The position numbers and the translations under genes were made by a program. The notes beneath the pieces were generated by a model. It did not search any database and was not told the origin of the DNA. It saw nothing but the letters and a program-made list of their open reading frames with translations. Positions 8,975 to 17,808 of a stretch of 40,000 nt of DNA are shown here, piece after piece (the first letter of the stretch is position 1; every line of letters starts with the position of its first letter). The stretch is taken from assembly GCA_049840475.1 (NCBI GenBank), contig JASGKX010000001.1, positions 706,575 through 746,574 of the forward strand, written 5' to 3'. The stretch is from Rhodocyclaceae bacterium (GTDB lineage: Bacteria; Pseudomonadota; Gammaproteobacteria; Burkholderiales; Rhodocyclaceae).

Positions 8975-9457
8975 CTATGACGACTCCAGATCGCTTAAGG
9001 ACGCGAACGTGGCGGGGTCACGCCCCAAGACCAATTGCCCATGTAATGCCGCCACCGCCTCACTGACCGCCGCGCTCATGGGAAAGCCGAACGCCACTAG
9101 GTCGGGCTGGATACCCAGAAATAGCACTTCACCCGCGCTTTCCCGCAAACGCTGCATGAGAAAGCTGAGCGGCAGGTCGTGCGTTGTCATGATGAACATC
9201 TCGCTGATCGCCGCCTCATCAATCAGCCGCATATCACCGGGTGAAAGCCCCATATCCGCCGCATCGACGATCAGCACGCGCTCCGGTCGTGCGGCAGCGA
9301 TCTCGTGCGCCGCATTCTCCGGCGCCGATCCACCATCGATTACCTGCCAGCCCGGCGCAGGCTGCCTGGTCAGCAGTGCTGCCAGCATCGGCCCGGCGCC
9401 GTCGTCGCCCATCATGCTGTTGCCGACGGTAAGAACGATGTTGGAGTTCATTCGCAT
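8975..9457 (-). CDS. hycI: Hydrogenase large-subunit C-terminal endopeptidase HycI
   Basis: 160 aa. VGNSMMGDDGAGP, IDGGSAPEN, MTTHDLPL and FLGIQPD are colinear with E. coli HycI. Confidence 0.92.
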   Translation of the reverse strand: MRMNSNIVLTVGNSMMGDDGAGPMLAALLTRQPAPGWQVIDGGSAPENAAHEIAAARPERVLIVDAADMGLSPGDMRLIDEAAISEMFIMTTHDLPLSFLMQRLRESAGEVLFLGIQPDLVAFGFPMSAAVSEAVAALHGQLVLGRDPATFASLSDLESS

Positions 9458-9635
9458 TTAGAACCGAAAGGAAGATGAAGCGGCATGAGCGTTGTTCCCT
9501 GAAGGGAATTGGCGCCAGACGCAAACCAAATCCAGGACGGGTGGCCTTGACCGGTCAGGCAACGCCGCGAATCTCCCCTTGCGAGGGCAACCCTTCGGGG
9601 CTCGGCAGCAATGACGCGCATTTTGCTTTGGCTTC

Positions 9636-10046
9636 TCAACGGCGACGACCGATCAGATATATGGCGGGCTCGGCTTCGATCGCACGCAAAGCCTGCATGA
9701 GTGCCGCCGCCCACTGCGACGTCAGCTCCGAGAAAGCCGCATGTTCGCTCAGCGCCGCCGCCAGCATGGAGACATGGCTGGCGTCGATGTTGATTTCGCC
9801 AAAGCTCAGCAGGCCCGACAACTTGCTGCGCGCAGGGCCTTCTGCCCAACTCTCCAGCCACGCAGCAAATTCACGCAACGGACAATCGAGGATCGGATGC
9901 AGGCAATCAATAACACCCACGTGGTGCCCGATGGCGAGCGAGTAATAGACGACCTGCCCGGCATCTGCGGATGCGGCTTGCTTCTCATCGAGGAATTTCT
10001 GCCCAAGCTGGTAGAAAACCACCGTGGCTTCAACACTATGGCTCAC
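9636..10046 (-). CDS. hyfJ: Formate hydrogenlyase maturation protein HycH/HyfJ
   Basis: QVVYYSLAIGHHVGVIDCL and AIYLIGRR match HycH. GTG 10046 gives 136 aa and overlaps (GTGA) the stop of the frame-corrected hyfI. The ORF-track start is GTG 10076. Confidence 0.85.
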   Translation of the reverse strand: MSHSVEATVVFYQLGQKFLDEKQAASADAGQVVYYSLAIGHHVGVIDCLHPILDCPLREFAAWLESWAEGPARSKLSGLLSFGEINIDASHVSMLAAALSEHAAFSELTSQWAAALMQALRAIEAEPAIYLIGRRR

Positions 10047-10100
10047 GGCTTCGCACCCTGTCCGCTCGCCGAACACAGGGTCAGGAAAGACGCGAATATT

Positions 10101-10856
10101 TCAGACCGGCGCGGATCGTCTTTCTCTGCAAGGTGGCGACTCACCGCGGTTTCGAACGCGCTGGCGGACGTCGATTGCGCGACGAGCACCAGAAAATCGT
10201 CCGCGAGTTTGACCACCGTGCCGATACCCTGCCATGCGCCGGGCCTCGCGCTCGATCTGCACGCGCAGCTCATGCGGGACACCCGGATGAGCCAGTGCGG
10301 CGCGATCGCCCTCTACCTCATTGTCGTGACGAGCCTTGAGCTTTTGGTCGAGCAGCCCCAGCGCCACCGCAAAACCGTAAATGGTGGCGGCCGGCGTCGG
10401 CGGGCAGCCGGGGATGAATACGTCCACGGGAACGACCTTGTCGGTCCCGCCCCACACGCAGTAGAGGTCGTGGAAGATGCCGCCGCTACACCCGCAAGCA
10501 CCGTACGACACAACGATCTTCGGATCCGGCGCAGCGTGGTAGGCGCGCAGCGCCGGCATGCGCATCATGCGGGTGACCGCCCCGGTAAAGAGCAGGATGT
10601 CGGCGTGACGCGGCGAAGCCACCACCTTGATGCCAAAGCGCTCGGCATCGAACACCGGCGTGATGGCAGAAAATATCTCGATCTCGCAACCGTTGCAGCC
10701 CCCGCAATCGACGCGGTACACATAGGCGGAACGCTGAATGTCGCCGAGCAGGGTTTTCTTGAGCGCTTGTGCGCTCTCCGATACGCTCAATGGCTGCGGC
10801 ATGCCATTCGCATCGCGCGGAGCAAAGGCCAGGGACGTGTCGATGGGCTTGTTCAT
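10101..10856 (-). CDS. hyfI: Hydrogenase-4/FHL small subunit (HycG/HyfI, NuoB-like); 3' end out of frame as sequenced
   Basis: From ATG 10856 (the ORF-track 393-aa frame is an upstream extension): [39 protein letters not shown] and IPGCPPTP. After ...[12 protein letters not shown] the frame turns Arg-rich. The conserved tail (LADDFL...[12 protein letters not shown]) is in ORF 10043..10282. Confidence 0.9.
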   Translation of the reverse strand: MNKPIDTSLAFAPRDANGMPQPLSVSESAQALKKTLLGDIQRSAYVYRVDCGGCNGCEIEIFSAITPVFDAERFGIKVVASPRHADILLFTGAVTRMMRMPALRAYHAAPDPKIVVSYGACGCSGGIFHDLYCVWGGTDKVVPVDVFIPGCPPTPAATIYGFAVALGLLDQKLKARHDNEVEGDRAALAHPGVPHELRVQIEREARRMAGYRHGGQTRGRFSGARRAIDVRQRVRNRGESPPCRERRSAPV

Positions 10857-11398
10857 CAGGCGGCTCCCCTTGCGACGTAGCGGCGGGCATCGGTGGCGTC
10901 CAGCAATTGCGTTCGCTTGCAGTCCGGGCAGGTTTCGAAGCGGGCGCGCAGCGACTCCAGATCGCTCTCCGGCACGCCCTGCTGCACGGTCAGCGCCAAC
11001 GCGTATTCGACCTCCTTGGAGGGCGCGAAAGGCGTGTCGCATTGCCGACACCGCGCCAGCGTGAAAGTCGCCTGCTGCAACAGGTCGGCCTTGCTGCCCA
11101 CGGCCAGCTCGAATTCGGGCGACAGTTCTATCGCACCGATCGGGCATACCTCCTCGCAGCGCCCGCAGAAGATGCAGCGCCCCAGGTTCAGGGACCAAGT
11201 GCGCGTGCACGCAGTGATGTCGGTCTCTATCGTCAGTGCGTTGGGCGGGCACGCCAGCACGCAGGCCGCACAGGCGATGCATTGTTGCGACGTGTATTCA
11301 GGTTTGCCGCGAAAACCGGGTGACACCGGCATCGGAGCAAACGGGTACTTCTCTGTGGCCTCACCTGCGCGGGCGATGATCTTGAGCAGCTTGAACAT
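10856..11398 (-). CDS. hyfH: FHL iron-sulfur subunit HycF/HyfH (NuoI-like)
   Basis: 180 aa with [35 protein letters not shown] and ETCPDCKR. It matches E. coli HycF in length. Its stop overlaps the hyfI ATG by 1 nt (TGATG). Confidence 0.93.
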   Translation of the reverse strand: MFKLLKIIARAGEATEKYPFAPMPVSPGFRGKPEYTSQQCIACAACVLACPPNALTIETDITACTRTWSLNLGRCIFCGRCEEVCPIGAIELSPEFELAVGSKADLLQQATFTLARCRQCDTPFAPSKEVEYALALTVQQGVPESDLESLRARFETCPDCKRTQLLDATDARRYVARGAA

Positions 11399-11409
11399 GT
11401 CCTCGTCCC

Positions 11410-13122
11410 TTACTTCAGCGGCGAATTCTTGCGCTCACGGCCGTAACGTTCGATTTCCTTGTACGGCACCGTGGTGGACTTCTGCTTTTTCACATCAACC
11501 AGCGTGACGCGATCGGTGCAGGAGTAACAGGGGTCAATGCTGGCGACGATGAGCGGCGCATCCGAAACGGTATTGCCCCTCAGCATGTGGCGCAGCGGCG
11601 GCCAATTGGCGTAGGTCGGCGCCCGGCAACGCCAGCGGTACAGCTTCTGGTTATCGCCGATCATGCTCCAGTGGATGTCTTCGCCACGCGGCGCTTCGGC
11701 AAAGCCGAGCGCAAAGGCATGCGGCTTGTAGGCAAAGCCTTCGACGAGGATCGGCCCTTCTGGCATGTTGTCGAGCGCGTACTCGATCATCGCCAGCGAA
11801 TCGTAGAACTCACGCACGCGGATGAGCACGCGCCCGAGCACGTCGCAGCTCTGCTCGGTATGGACGCTCATCGGCAGCGAACCGTACGCGGCGTAATTGT
11901 GATCGGCGCGAATGTCCCGCACAAAACCGCTGGCGCGCACGAGCGGGCCGACAGGACTGTAGTCGCGCGCCACTTTCGGGTCGAGGCGGCCGATGCCTTG
12001 CGTGCGCTGCTTGAGGTTGGGCGTCTGCAACAGCATGTCGACCAGCGGCGTGATTTCCGCGCGCAACTCGCCGATCAGTTTCAGCGTTTTGCTGCGCTCA
12101 TCCTTGAGAATGTCGCGACGTACACCGCCAATCAGATTCATGCCGTACGTCTTGCGCGCGCCCGTGAGCATTTCGGCCAGCGTCATGGCTTTTTCACGCA
12201 CGCGGAAGAACTGCATGAAGCCGGTATCGAAGCCCGTGAAGTGACACGCCAGCCCGAGGTTCAGCAGGTGACTGTGCAACCGCTCGACTTCGAGGAAGAT
12301 CGAGCGGATGAACTTTGCGCGCGCCGGCACTTCCAGTCCGAGTGCGTTTTCCACCGAGGTGGCATACGCCACGCTATGCGTGAAGCCGCAGATGCCGCAC
12401 ACACGGTCGGCCAGGAAGGTGACCTGGTCGTAGTCCATGCGCGTTTCGGCGAGCTTTTCCATGCCACGATGCACATAGAACAGCCGATAGTCGGCGTCAA
12501 CGATGTCCTCGCCATCGACGAACAGACGGAAATGCCCCGGCTCATCGGAGGTAATGTGCAGCGGCCCGAGCGGCACCACCCGACTTTCGCCGCCATCGTT
12601 CACGAAGGTGTATGTCTCCGTGTCAGTGGTGGGCGTCGGCCGCTGGTCATAGCCCATCGTGTCCTTGCGCAGCGGATAGAGCCCGTCGGGCCAGTCATCC
12701 GGCAGTACAAGGCGGCGCTCGTCCGGCAGGCCCACGGGAGTCAGCCCGTACATGTCGCGCACTTCGCGTTCGCCCCACACAGCCGCCGGGACTTTCGGCG
12801 TGACCGAGGGGTATTCCTGGGCCACCGCGTCCACCAAAGTGCGCACGACGACCCACCTCTTTACTGCGCCCTCCATCGAGAGCACGTAGTACACCGCGAA
12901 GTGGCCGTTGAGCGTACGTTCGTCATTGCCGAACAGCACCGAGAGCCATCCGCCCTGATCGTAGTAGAGCCAGGCCACCACATCCGGCAGCGAATCGGGC
13001 TTGACGGTCACGGTTACCTGGTCGGCGGTCTGCCAGGACTCCTCCAGCACGGCAGAGGGGAACCGCTCGCGCAGTCCAGCTACGTAGTTGCGACCGGTTC
13101 GGGTGTGTTCTGCCACGGACAT
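11410..13122 (-). CDS. hyfG: [NiFe] hydrogenase large subunit of FHL (HycE/HyfG)
   Basis: Colinear with E. coli HycE (GGWLSVLFGNDER, RVCGICGFTHS, and C-terminal DPCYSCTDR followed by a 32-aa tail, the HycI cleavage substrate). ATG 13122 has GGAGG 8 nt upstream. The ORF-track start at 13128 overlaps the hyfF stop. Confidence 0.95.
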   Translation of the reverse strand: MSVAEHTRTGRNYVAGLRERFPSAVLEESWQTADQVTVTVKPDSLPDVVAWLYYDQGGWLSVLFGNDERTLNGHFAVYYVLSMEGAVKRWVVVRTLVDAVAQEYPSVTPKVPAAVWGEREVRDMYGLTPVGLPDERRLVLPDDWPDGLYPLRKDTMGYDQRPTPTTDTETYTFVNDGGESRVVPLGPLHITSDEPGHFRLFVDGEDIVDADYRLFYVHRGMEKLAETRMDYDQVTFLADRVCGICGFTHSVAYATSVENALGLEVPARAKFIRSIFLEVERLHSHLLNLGLACHFTGFDTGFMQFFRVREKAMTLAEMLTGARKTYGMNLIGGVRRDILKDERSKTLKLIGELRAEITPLVDMLLQTPNLKQRTQGIGRLDPKVARDYSPVGPLVRASGFVRDIRADHNYAAYGSLPMSVHTEQSCDVLGRVLIRVREFYDSLAMIEYALDNMPEGPILVEGFAYKPHAFALGFAEAPRGEDIHWSMIGDNQKLYRWRCRAPTYANWPPLRHMLRGNTVSDAPLIVASIDPCYSCTDRVTLVDVKKQKSTTVPYKEIERYGRERKNSPLK

Positions 13123-13124
13123 GT

Positions 13125-14717
13125 TCATTGCCTCCCTGCCAGCGCTGTCGTCGGCGCGGGCGGTATTGCGTTTTGTTTCGCCGCCGCGTCGCGGCTCTGC
13201 GCGACGCGCGCTTCATGCGCTGCCGCGCCCGACAACACGATCTGCGTGGCGTTATCGATCAGGCTGACCAGACCCGTGGGCGCACGTATTCCCATGACAA
13301 CCATGAGCACGAGCAGGATTGCCATGGGCATCAGCGTGAGCACCCCTGTTTCGGCCTTCGGCACGGCTTCGGGCGCTGGCCCGAACAGCATGCCGGCAGC
13401 CATCCGCACGAGCCCTGCGAGTACGACGGTCAGCAGCAGCAATGTCACGACCATGAGCCATGTGTGGTTTGCGTGGATGCCTGCGGTGACGATCATGAAT
13501 TCACTGACGAACACGTTGAACGGCGGCACCCCGGCCAACGCCAAGGCGCCGGCGCCCAGCAGGACGGCAGTCAGCGGTGCGACGCGCAACAGTCCTTTGA
13601 CCGCGTCGAGATCCGGCGTGCCATAGCGCAGCAGCACATTGCCCGAGCCGCAGAACAACAAGGCCTTGGCAAGGCTGTGATTGATGGTGTGCAGCAACGC
13701 GGCGAACACGCCGAGCGGCCCTCCGATGCCAAAGGCCAGCGCGATCAGCCCCATGTTCTCGACACTGGAATACGCCAGCAGTCGTTTCATGTTCCGCTGG
13801 ACGATGATGAAGAACGCCGCCACCGCAATCGACATCAGGCCGAAGACGATCATCAGGGTCTGTGGGAAAGTCGGCCCGATGCTCGCCGCGGCAAGCATGT
13901 AGAAACGCACCACCACCAACAATGCGCAGTTGAGCAAGACAGCCGACAGCAGCGCGCTCGTGGGACTAGGCGCTTCGGAGTGGGCGTCGGGCAGCCAGGC
14001 GTGCATGGGGAAAAACCCCGCCTTGGTACCGAAACCGATCAGCACGAACACAAAGGCGAGCTTGACCAACGTCGGGTCGAGCACGCCGGCATGCGCCAGC
14101 AGGTGAGTCCAGAAAGCCGCATCGCCCGAATGCGGCAGGACGCCGGCACCGTTGGAATAGACCAGTACGACGCCGTAGAGACCAAAGGCAACGCCTACGG
14201 TGCAAATGACAATGTACTTCCACGCAGCCTCAAGAGACGAGCGCTGTCCGTAGAAACCGACGAGGAACGTGGAGGCAAGCGTCGTGGCTTCGATCGCCAC
14301 CCACATTGCGATGATGTTGTTGGCCGTCGCGGCCAGCAGCATCGTGAAGATGAACAGGTTGAATATGCCGTAGTAGTTGCATAGTTGTCCCGCGTCGACC
14401 TCGGAACTGGCAAGCTCGTGGTTCATGTATCCGATCGAGTACAGCCCGGTCAGGAAGCCGACCACCCCGATCAACCCGACGAAGATCGCCCCCAGGCTAT
14501 CGACGCGCACCCAACTGCCAAACGCTGCGACTTCGCCAGCGGCCGCGACCTCGATCACCACGATGATCGTCAGCGCCAGCAATGCCGTGATGCCCGCCGC
14601 GTGCAGCGCGCGAGCCACCGTATGGGCAGCAGACCCGAGCAAGCGTGACGCCAGGCACAGCAACGAAGTCGCCAATGGCACCAGCAACAGGACGGAGAGT
14701 AAATCCGCGTGATTCAT
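13125..14717 (-). CDS. hyfF: Hydrogenase-4 membrane subunit HyfF (NuoN/antiporter-like)
   Basis: 530 aa, colinear with E. coli HyfF ([43 protein letters not shown]). Confidence 0.93.
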   Translation of the reverse strand: MNHADLLSVLLLVPLATSLLCLASRLLGSAAHTVARALHAAGITALLALTIIVVIEVAAAGEVAAFGSWVRVDSLGAIFVGLIGVVGFLTGLYSIGYMNHELASSEVDAGQLCNYYGIFNLFIFTMLLAATANNIIAMWVAIEATTLASTFLVGFYGQRSSLEAAWKYIVICTVGVAFGLYGVVLVYSNGAGVLPHSGDAAFWTHLLAHAGVLDPTLVKLAFVFVLIGFGTKAGFFPMHAWLPDAHSEAPSPTSALLSAVLLNCALLVVVRFYMLAAASIGPTFPQTLMIVFGLMSIAVAAFFIIVQRNMKRLLAYSSVENMGLIALAFGIGGPLGVFAALLHTINHSLAKALLFCGSGNVLLRYGTPDLDAVKGLLRVAPLTAVLLGAGALALAGVPPFNVFVSEFMIVTAGIHANHTWLMVVTLLLLTVVLAGLVRMAAGMLFGPAPEAVPKAETGVLTLMPMAILLVLMVVMGIRAPTGLVSLIDNATQIVLSGAAAHEARVAQSRDAAAKQNAIPPAPTTALAGRQ

Positions 14718-14721
14718 GGCG

Positions 14722-15372
14722 TCAGCCCTTCAAGGCAGTGAGTTGCTTCACGTCGAGCGATTGCAGGGTGCGCTGGATCTGGCGAACCAACACCACCATG
14801 ATGATGACGGCGAACACAGCGTCGGTTGCGACACCGATCTCCACGATCTCCGGGGCCTTGTAGGCCAGCAGCGCGAGCGTCAGATGTGAGCCGTTTTCCA
14901 TCAGGCAGAAGCCAAAGATCTGCTTGAGGATGCTGCGCTGGGTGACGATGCACACGAGCCCGAACAGAAAGTGGCCGAGCGAAATGCCCAGCGCCGGCTT
15001 GAGCGGCTCGACCACCGCGATGTGTACGGAAGAGACTGCGTAGTACGACAACCCCACGATGAGCGCCGCCACCAGTACCAGCCACGCGGGCTTGAGCACG
15101 CCCGGCAGATCGTCCTGCGGCGACAGAGAAGGCAGCGCGCGCAGCATGATCATCGGCACCAGCACGACCTTGGTGATGAAAGCCGAAGCCGCCCAAAGGT
15201 AGAGTTCTTCCGCACCGTGCGCGACGGCCAGCGCGGCAAAGATCGCAACCAGAACGAGCGACTGCATCGCGTACAGCTTCGCCGCGCGAGCGGTATCGCG
15301 AGCTGCGGTGACCAACAATGACGTGACGATAAGCACCGCGGCCAAGCTATTGACGACCATCGATCCATCCAT
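14722..15372 (-). CDS. hyfE: Hydrogenase-4 membrane subunit HyfE
   Basis: 216 aa, matching E. coli HyfE in length. [11 protein letters not shown]..., [19 protein letters not shown] and the ending [11 protein letters not shown] all match. Confidence 0.93.
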   Translation of the reverse strand: MDGSMVVNSLAAVLIVTSLLVTAARDTARAAKLYAMQSLVLVAIFAALAVAHGAEELYLWAASAFITKVVLVPMIMLRALPSLSPQDDLPGVLKPAWLVLVAALIVGLSYYAVSSVHIAVVEPLKPALGISLGHFLFGLVCIVTQRSILKQIFGFCLMENGSHLTLALLAYKAPEIVEIGVATDAVFAVIIMVVLVRQIQRTLQSLDVKQLTALKG

Positions 15373-15402
15373 TGTCTATTCCCCTATCCGCATGATCTCG
15401 GC

Positions 15403-16842
15403 CTAACCGAGCCAGCTTGCGGCGATGAAGCTGGACGCCACACACATGACGATGAGCGCCACGAGTACCGTCTCCATCACGGGTGGCACCTTGGCGGCCT
15501 GGGCCACGGCTTGCGACGGCGCACCCGGCGAGGTGTCGCCGAACCAGCGAAGGAACCAGGCGAAACTTCCCACCGATTCGATCAGGGCGATCACGACCAA
15601 CGGCAAAAGCAGGAGGTGCTCGGCCGACAACTGAAAGCCCGCAGCAAAGATCGGAAACTTGCTGAAGAAGCCGCTGAAGGGCGGCACGCCGGTAATGGCA
15701 AGCGCGGCAACGCAGAAGCTCACGCCCAACAACGGCGCATTGCGCAAAAGGCCTCGCAGCGAGGGCAACATACGCGTGCCGCAGGTGTAGGACAGCGCAC
15801 CGGCAACCAGAAAGAACAGGCTCTTGGCGAACGCATGGTTGAAGATGTGTGCGATAGCCCCCTTGAACGCCAGTTGCGAGCCGAAGATCGCCAGCGACAG
15901 CGCCATGAAGATGAGCGATAGCTGCGAAATCGTCGAATAGGCGAGCAGCCGCTTCATGTCCTTCTGCGGCAGATAGAGCAGGAAGCTATAGACCATCGTG
16001 ATCGTTGCCATCACCGCGCCGACCCATCCCACGACGTGGGGCACCGCTCCGGCCTCGTGGATGGCACGAGCGAAGATGAACGCACCGACCTTTACCATCG
16101 AAGCTGCATGGAGATAGGCACTGACGGGGGTCGGCGCTTCCATCGCATCCGGCAACCATGCATGCAAAGGCAGTTGCGCGGATTTGCCCCAGGCGGCGAA
16201 GAGCACGCCAAAGAAGATCAGCGTCTTGGTTCCATCATCGAGGCTGGCAAGGGCGCTGATGGAGAAAGTGCCGGTCTTCACGAACAACAGGGCGGCGGCA
16301 AAATACAGACCGACCGAAGCGATGTGCGTAATGATCAGCGCCTTGGCTGCCGCGCCCAGCGCCTTGGGCGTCTCGTAGTAGCCGATGAGCGCCCAAGAAC
16401 AGGCACCGGTGATTTCGAAGAAGACGAGCTGACCGATCAGCGTGGACCAGAACACGAGCCCCGCCATCGCGCCGACAAACAACAGCAGGAATGCGTAGTA
16501 GCGAGGGCGCCCCTCATGCGGATGTTCGCGATTGCCAAGCGTGAGGTAGTCGGTGGAATACGCGACCATCAGCGCGCCGAGCACCACGACTGCGATCGCC
16601 ACCAGCACGCTGATGCTATCGAGCGTCAGTCCGATGATTTCCGCGGTGCCAATGCTCAACAACGTATAGTGCGTCGCCACCCGTCCGGCATCACTGAAGT
16701 CCACCGCCAGGCAGATCACGCTGAGCGCGGCAGATGCGGCGAACAGCAGTGCCACCCACTTGGCCGCACGCTGAGGACTGACCGCCGTCAGGGCTGCTCC
16801 CAGCACAGGCAACAGGATGGTCGCGAGTGCAATGTTGTCCAT
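15403..16842 (-). CDS. hyfD: Hydrogenase-4 membrane subunit HyfD (NuoL/M antiporter-like)
   Basis: 479 aa, matching E. coli HyfD in length. MDNIALATILLP, NREHPHEGRPRYYAFLL and WGKSAQLPLHAWLPDAMEAPTPVSAYLH match. Confidence 0.93.
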   Translation of the reverse strand: MDNIALATILLPVLGAALTAVSPQRAAKWVALLFAASAALSVICLAVDFSDAGRVATHYTLLSIGTAEIIGLTLDSISVLVAIAVVVLGALMVAYSTDYLTLGNREHPHEGRPRYYAFLLLFVGAMAGLVFWSTLIGQLVFFEITGACSWALIGYYETPKALGAAAKALIITHIASVGLYFAAALLFVKTGTFSISALASLDDGTKTLIFFGVLFAAWGKSAQLPLHAWLPDAMEAPTPVSAYLHAASMVKVGAFIFARAIHEAGAVPHVVGWVGAVMATITMVYSFLLYLPQKDMKRLLAYSTISQLSLIFMALSLAIFGSQLAFKGAIAHIFNHAFAKSLFFLVAGALSYTCGTRMLPSLRGLLRNAPLLGVSFCVAALAITGVPPFSGFFSKFPIFAAGFQLSAEHLLLLPLVVIALIESVGSFAWFLRWFGDTSPGAPSQAVAQAAKVPPVMETVLVALIVMCVASSFIAASWLG

Positions 16843-16857
16843 AATCGACCCGACTCC

Positions 16858-17799
16858 TCAGAAACCCATGAGATAGAAGACGAACGCCAGCACAGCGAAG
16901 GCGAACCCCACCCACGTCACGCGCGAGGTGAGTACGAAGCGACCGCGCGCCATGCTGTTTTCGACGAGCCCCGCAAGCACGAACACCAACAGCAACTTGA
17001 TCAGCAGGGCCACCAGCGAAGCGATCCAGGCCGCGCCCGCGAGCGTCCCGAGGTTGCCAAACGGCAGCAGCACGCCAAGAAGGAACTGCGCGAGCACCAC
17101 TTTTTTGAGCGCCAGCCCAAGTTTGAAAATGCCCAGCGAAGGCCCCGAATACTCGGTCAATGGCCCTTCCTGAAGTTCCTGTTCGGCCTCGGCCATGTCA
17201 AAGGGCAGCTTGCCCATCTCGATGAACACCGCAAAGGCGAACGCGAACATCGCGGTCACCAGCGCCACCGGCGACACGAAGTACGAACCACCGGCCAGCG
17301 CCGACGCCATCGTGCCCAGGTTGGTACTGCCGACGACGAGGGCTACGACCACGAGAGAGAGAATCATCGTGGGCTCGACGAGCGCACCCATCGTCAGTTC
17401 GCGTGCAGCGCCGATGCCCGCGAACGAGCTACCGGAATCTACGCCGCACAGAGAAAAGAAGAAGCGTGCAAGCCCCAGGACATATGCGAACGTAATCAGG
17501 TCAGCCAACGCCCCGACAGGTGAAAGATGGGTGAAGATCGGCAGAGCCATTGCCAACAGCAGCATGCAGCCGAGATTCACGCTCGGCGTCACGCGGAATA
17601 CGAACCCGGAAGCGGACGGCGCCACGTCCTGCCGCCGAAGCAACTTGGCGATGTCACGATAGTCCTGCAGCACACCCGGCCCGCGCCGCGAATGCATGCG
17701 TGCGCGGATCATGCGCGACACACCGGTCATGAGCGGGGCGAGCGCCAGCAAAAACAGGGCTTGCGCGATGGCAAGAAGGAGCATCCCGAGGTTTGGCAT
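16858..17799 (-). CDS. hyfC: FHL membrane subunit HycD/HyfC (NuoH-like)
   Basis: 313 aa with RARMHSRRGPG, EAEQELQEGPLTEYSG and the ending LMGF. Colinear with HyfC. Confidence 0.93.
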   Translation of the reverse strand: MPNLGMLLLAIAQALFLLALAPLMTGVSRMIRARMHSRRGPGVLQDYRDIAKLLRRQDVAPSASGFVFRVTPSVNLGCMLLLAMALPIFTHLSPVGALADLITFAYVLGLARFFFSLCGVDSGSSFAGIGAARELTMGALVEPTMILSLVVVALVVGSTNLGTMASALAGGSYFVSPVALVTAMFAFAFAVFIEMGKLPFDMAEAEQELQEGPLTEYSGPSLGIFKLGLALKKVVLAQFLLGVLLPFGNLGTLAGAAWIASLVALLIKLLLVFVLAGLVENSMARGRFVLTSRVTWVGFAFAVLAFVFYLMGF

Positions 17800-17808
17800 G
17801 AGGCGCTC

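Noticed and set aside
9515-9536. Sigma54-like CTGGATTTGGTTTGCG on the - strand upstream of hycI
   Set aside because: The GG-to-GC spacing is 9, not 10, so it fails the invariant spacing rule.
9475-9945. 156-aa + strand ORF covering the hyfJ-hycI spacer
   Set aside because: It runs antisense into hyfJ, its composition is typical of a shadow frame, and it has no RBS.
11587-13626. 679-aa ORF on the + strand
   Set aside because: It is antisense to hyfG/hyfF, which have unambiguous homology on the - strand. Its product is Arg/His/Ala-rich with no recognisable motifs. Long stop-free antisense frames are expected in GC-rich DNA.
16036-17523. 495-aa ORF on the + strand (also 13128..14384, 18058..19095, 9741..10880, and 17873..19009 on the - strand)
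   Set aside because: These are shadow frames of the hyf membrane-subunit genes. They are extremely Arg/His/Glu/Asp-rich, which is implausible as real proteins.
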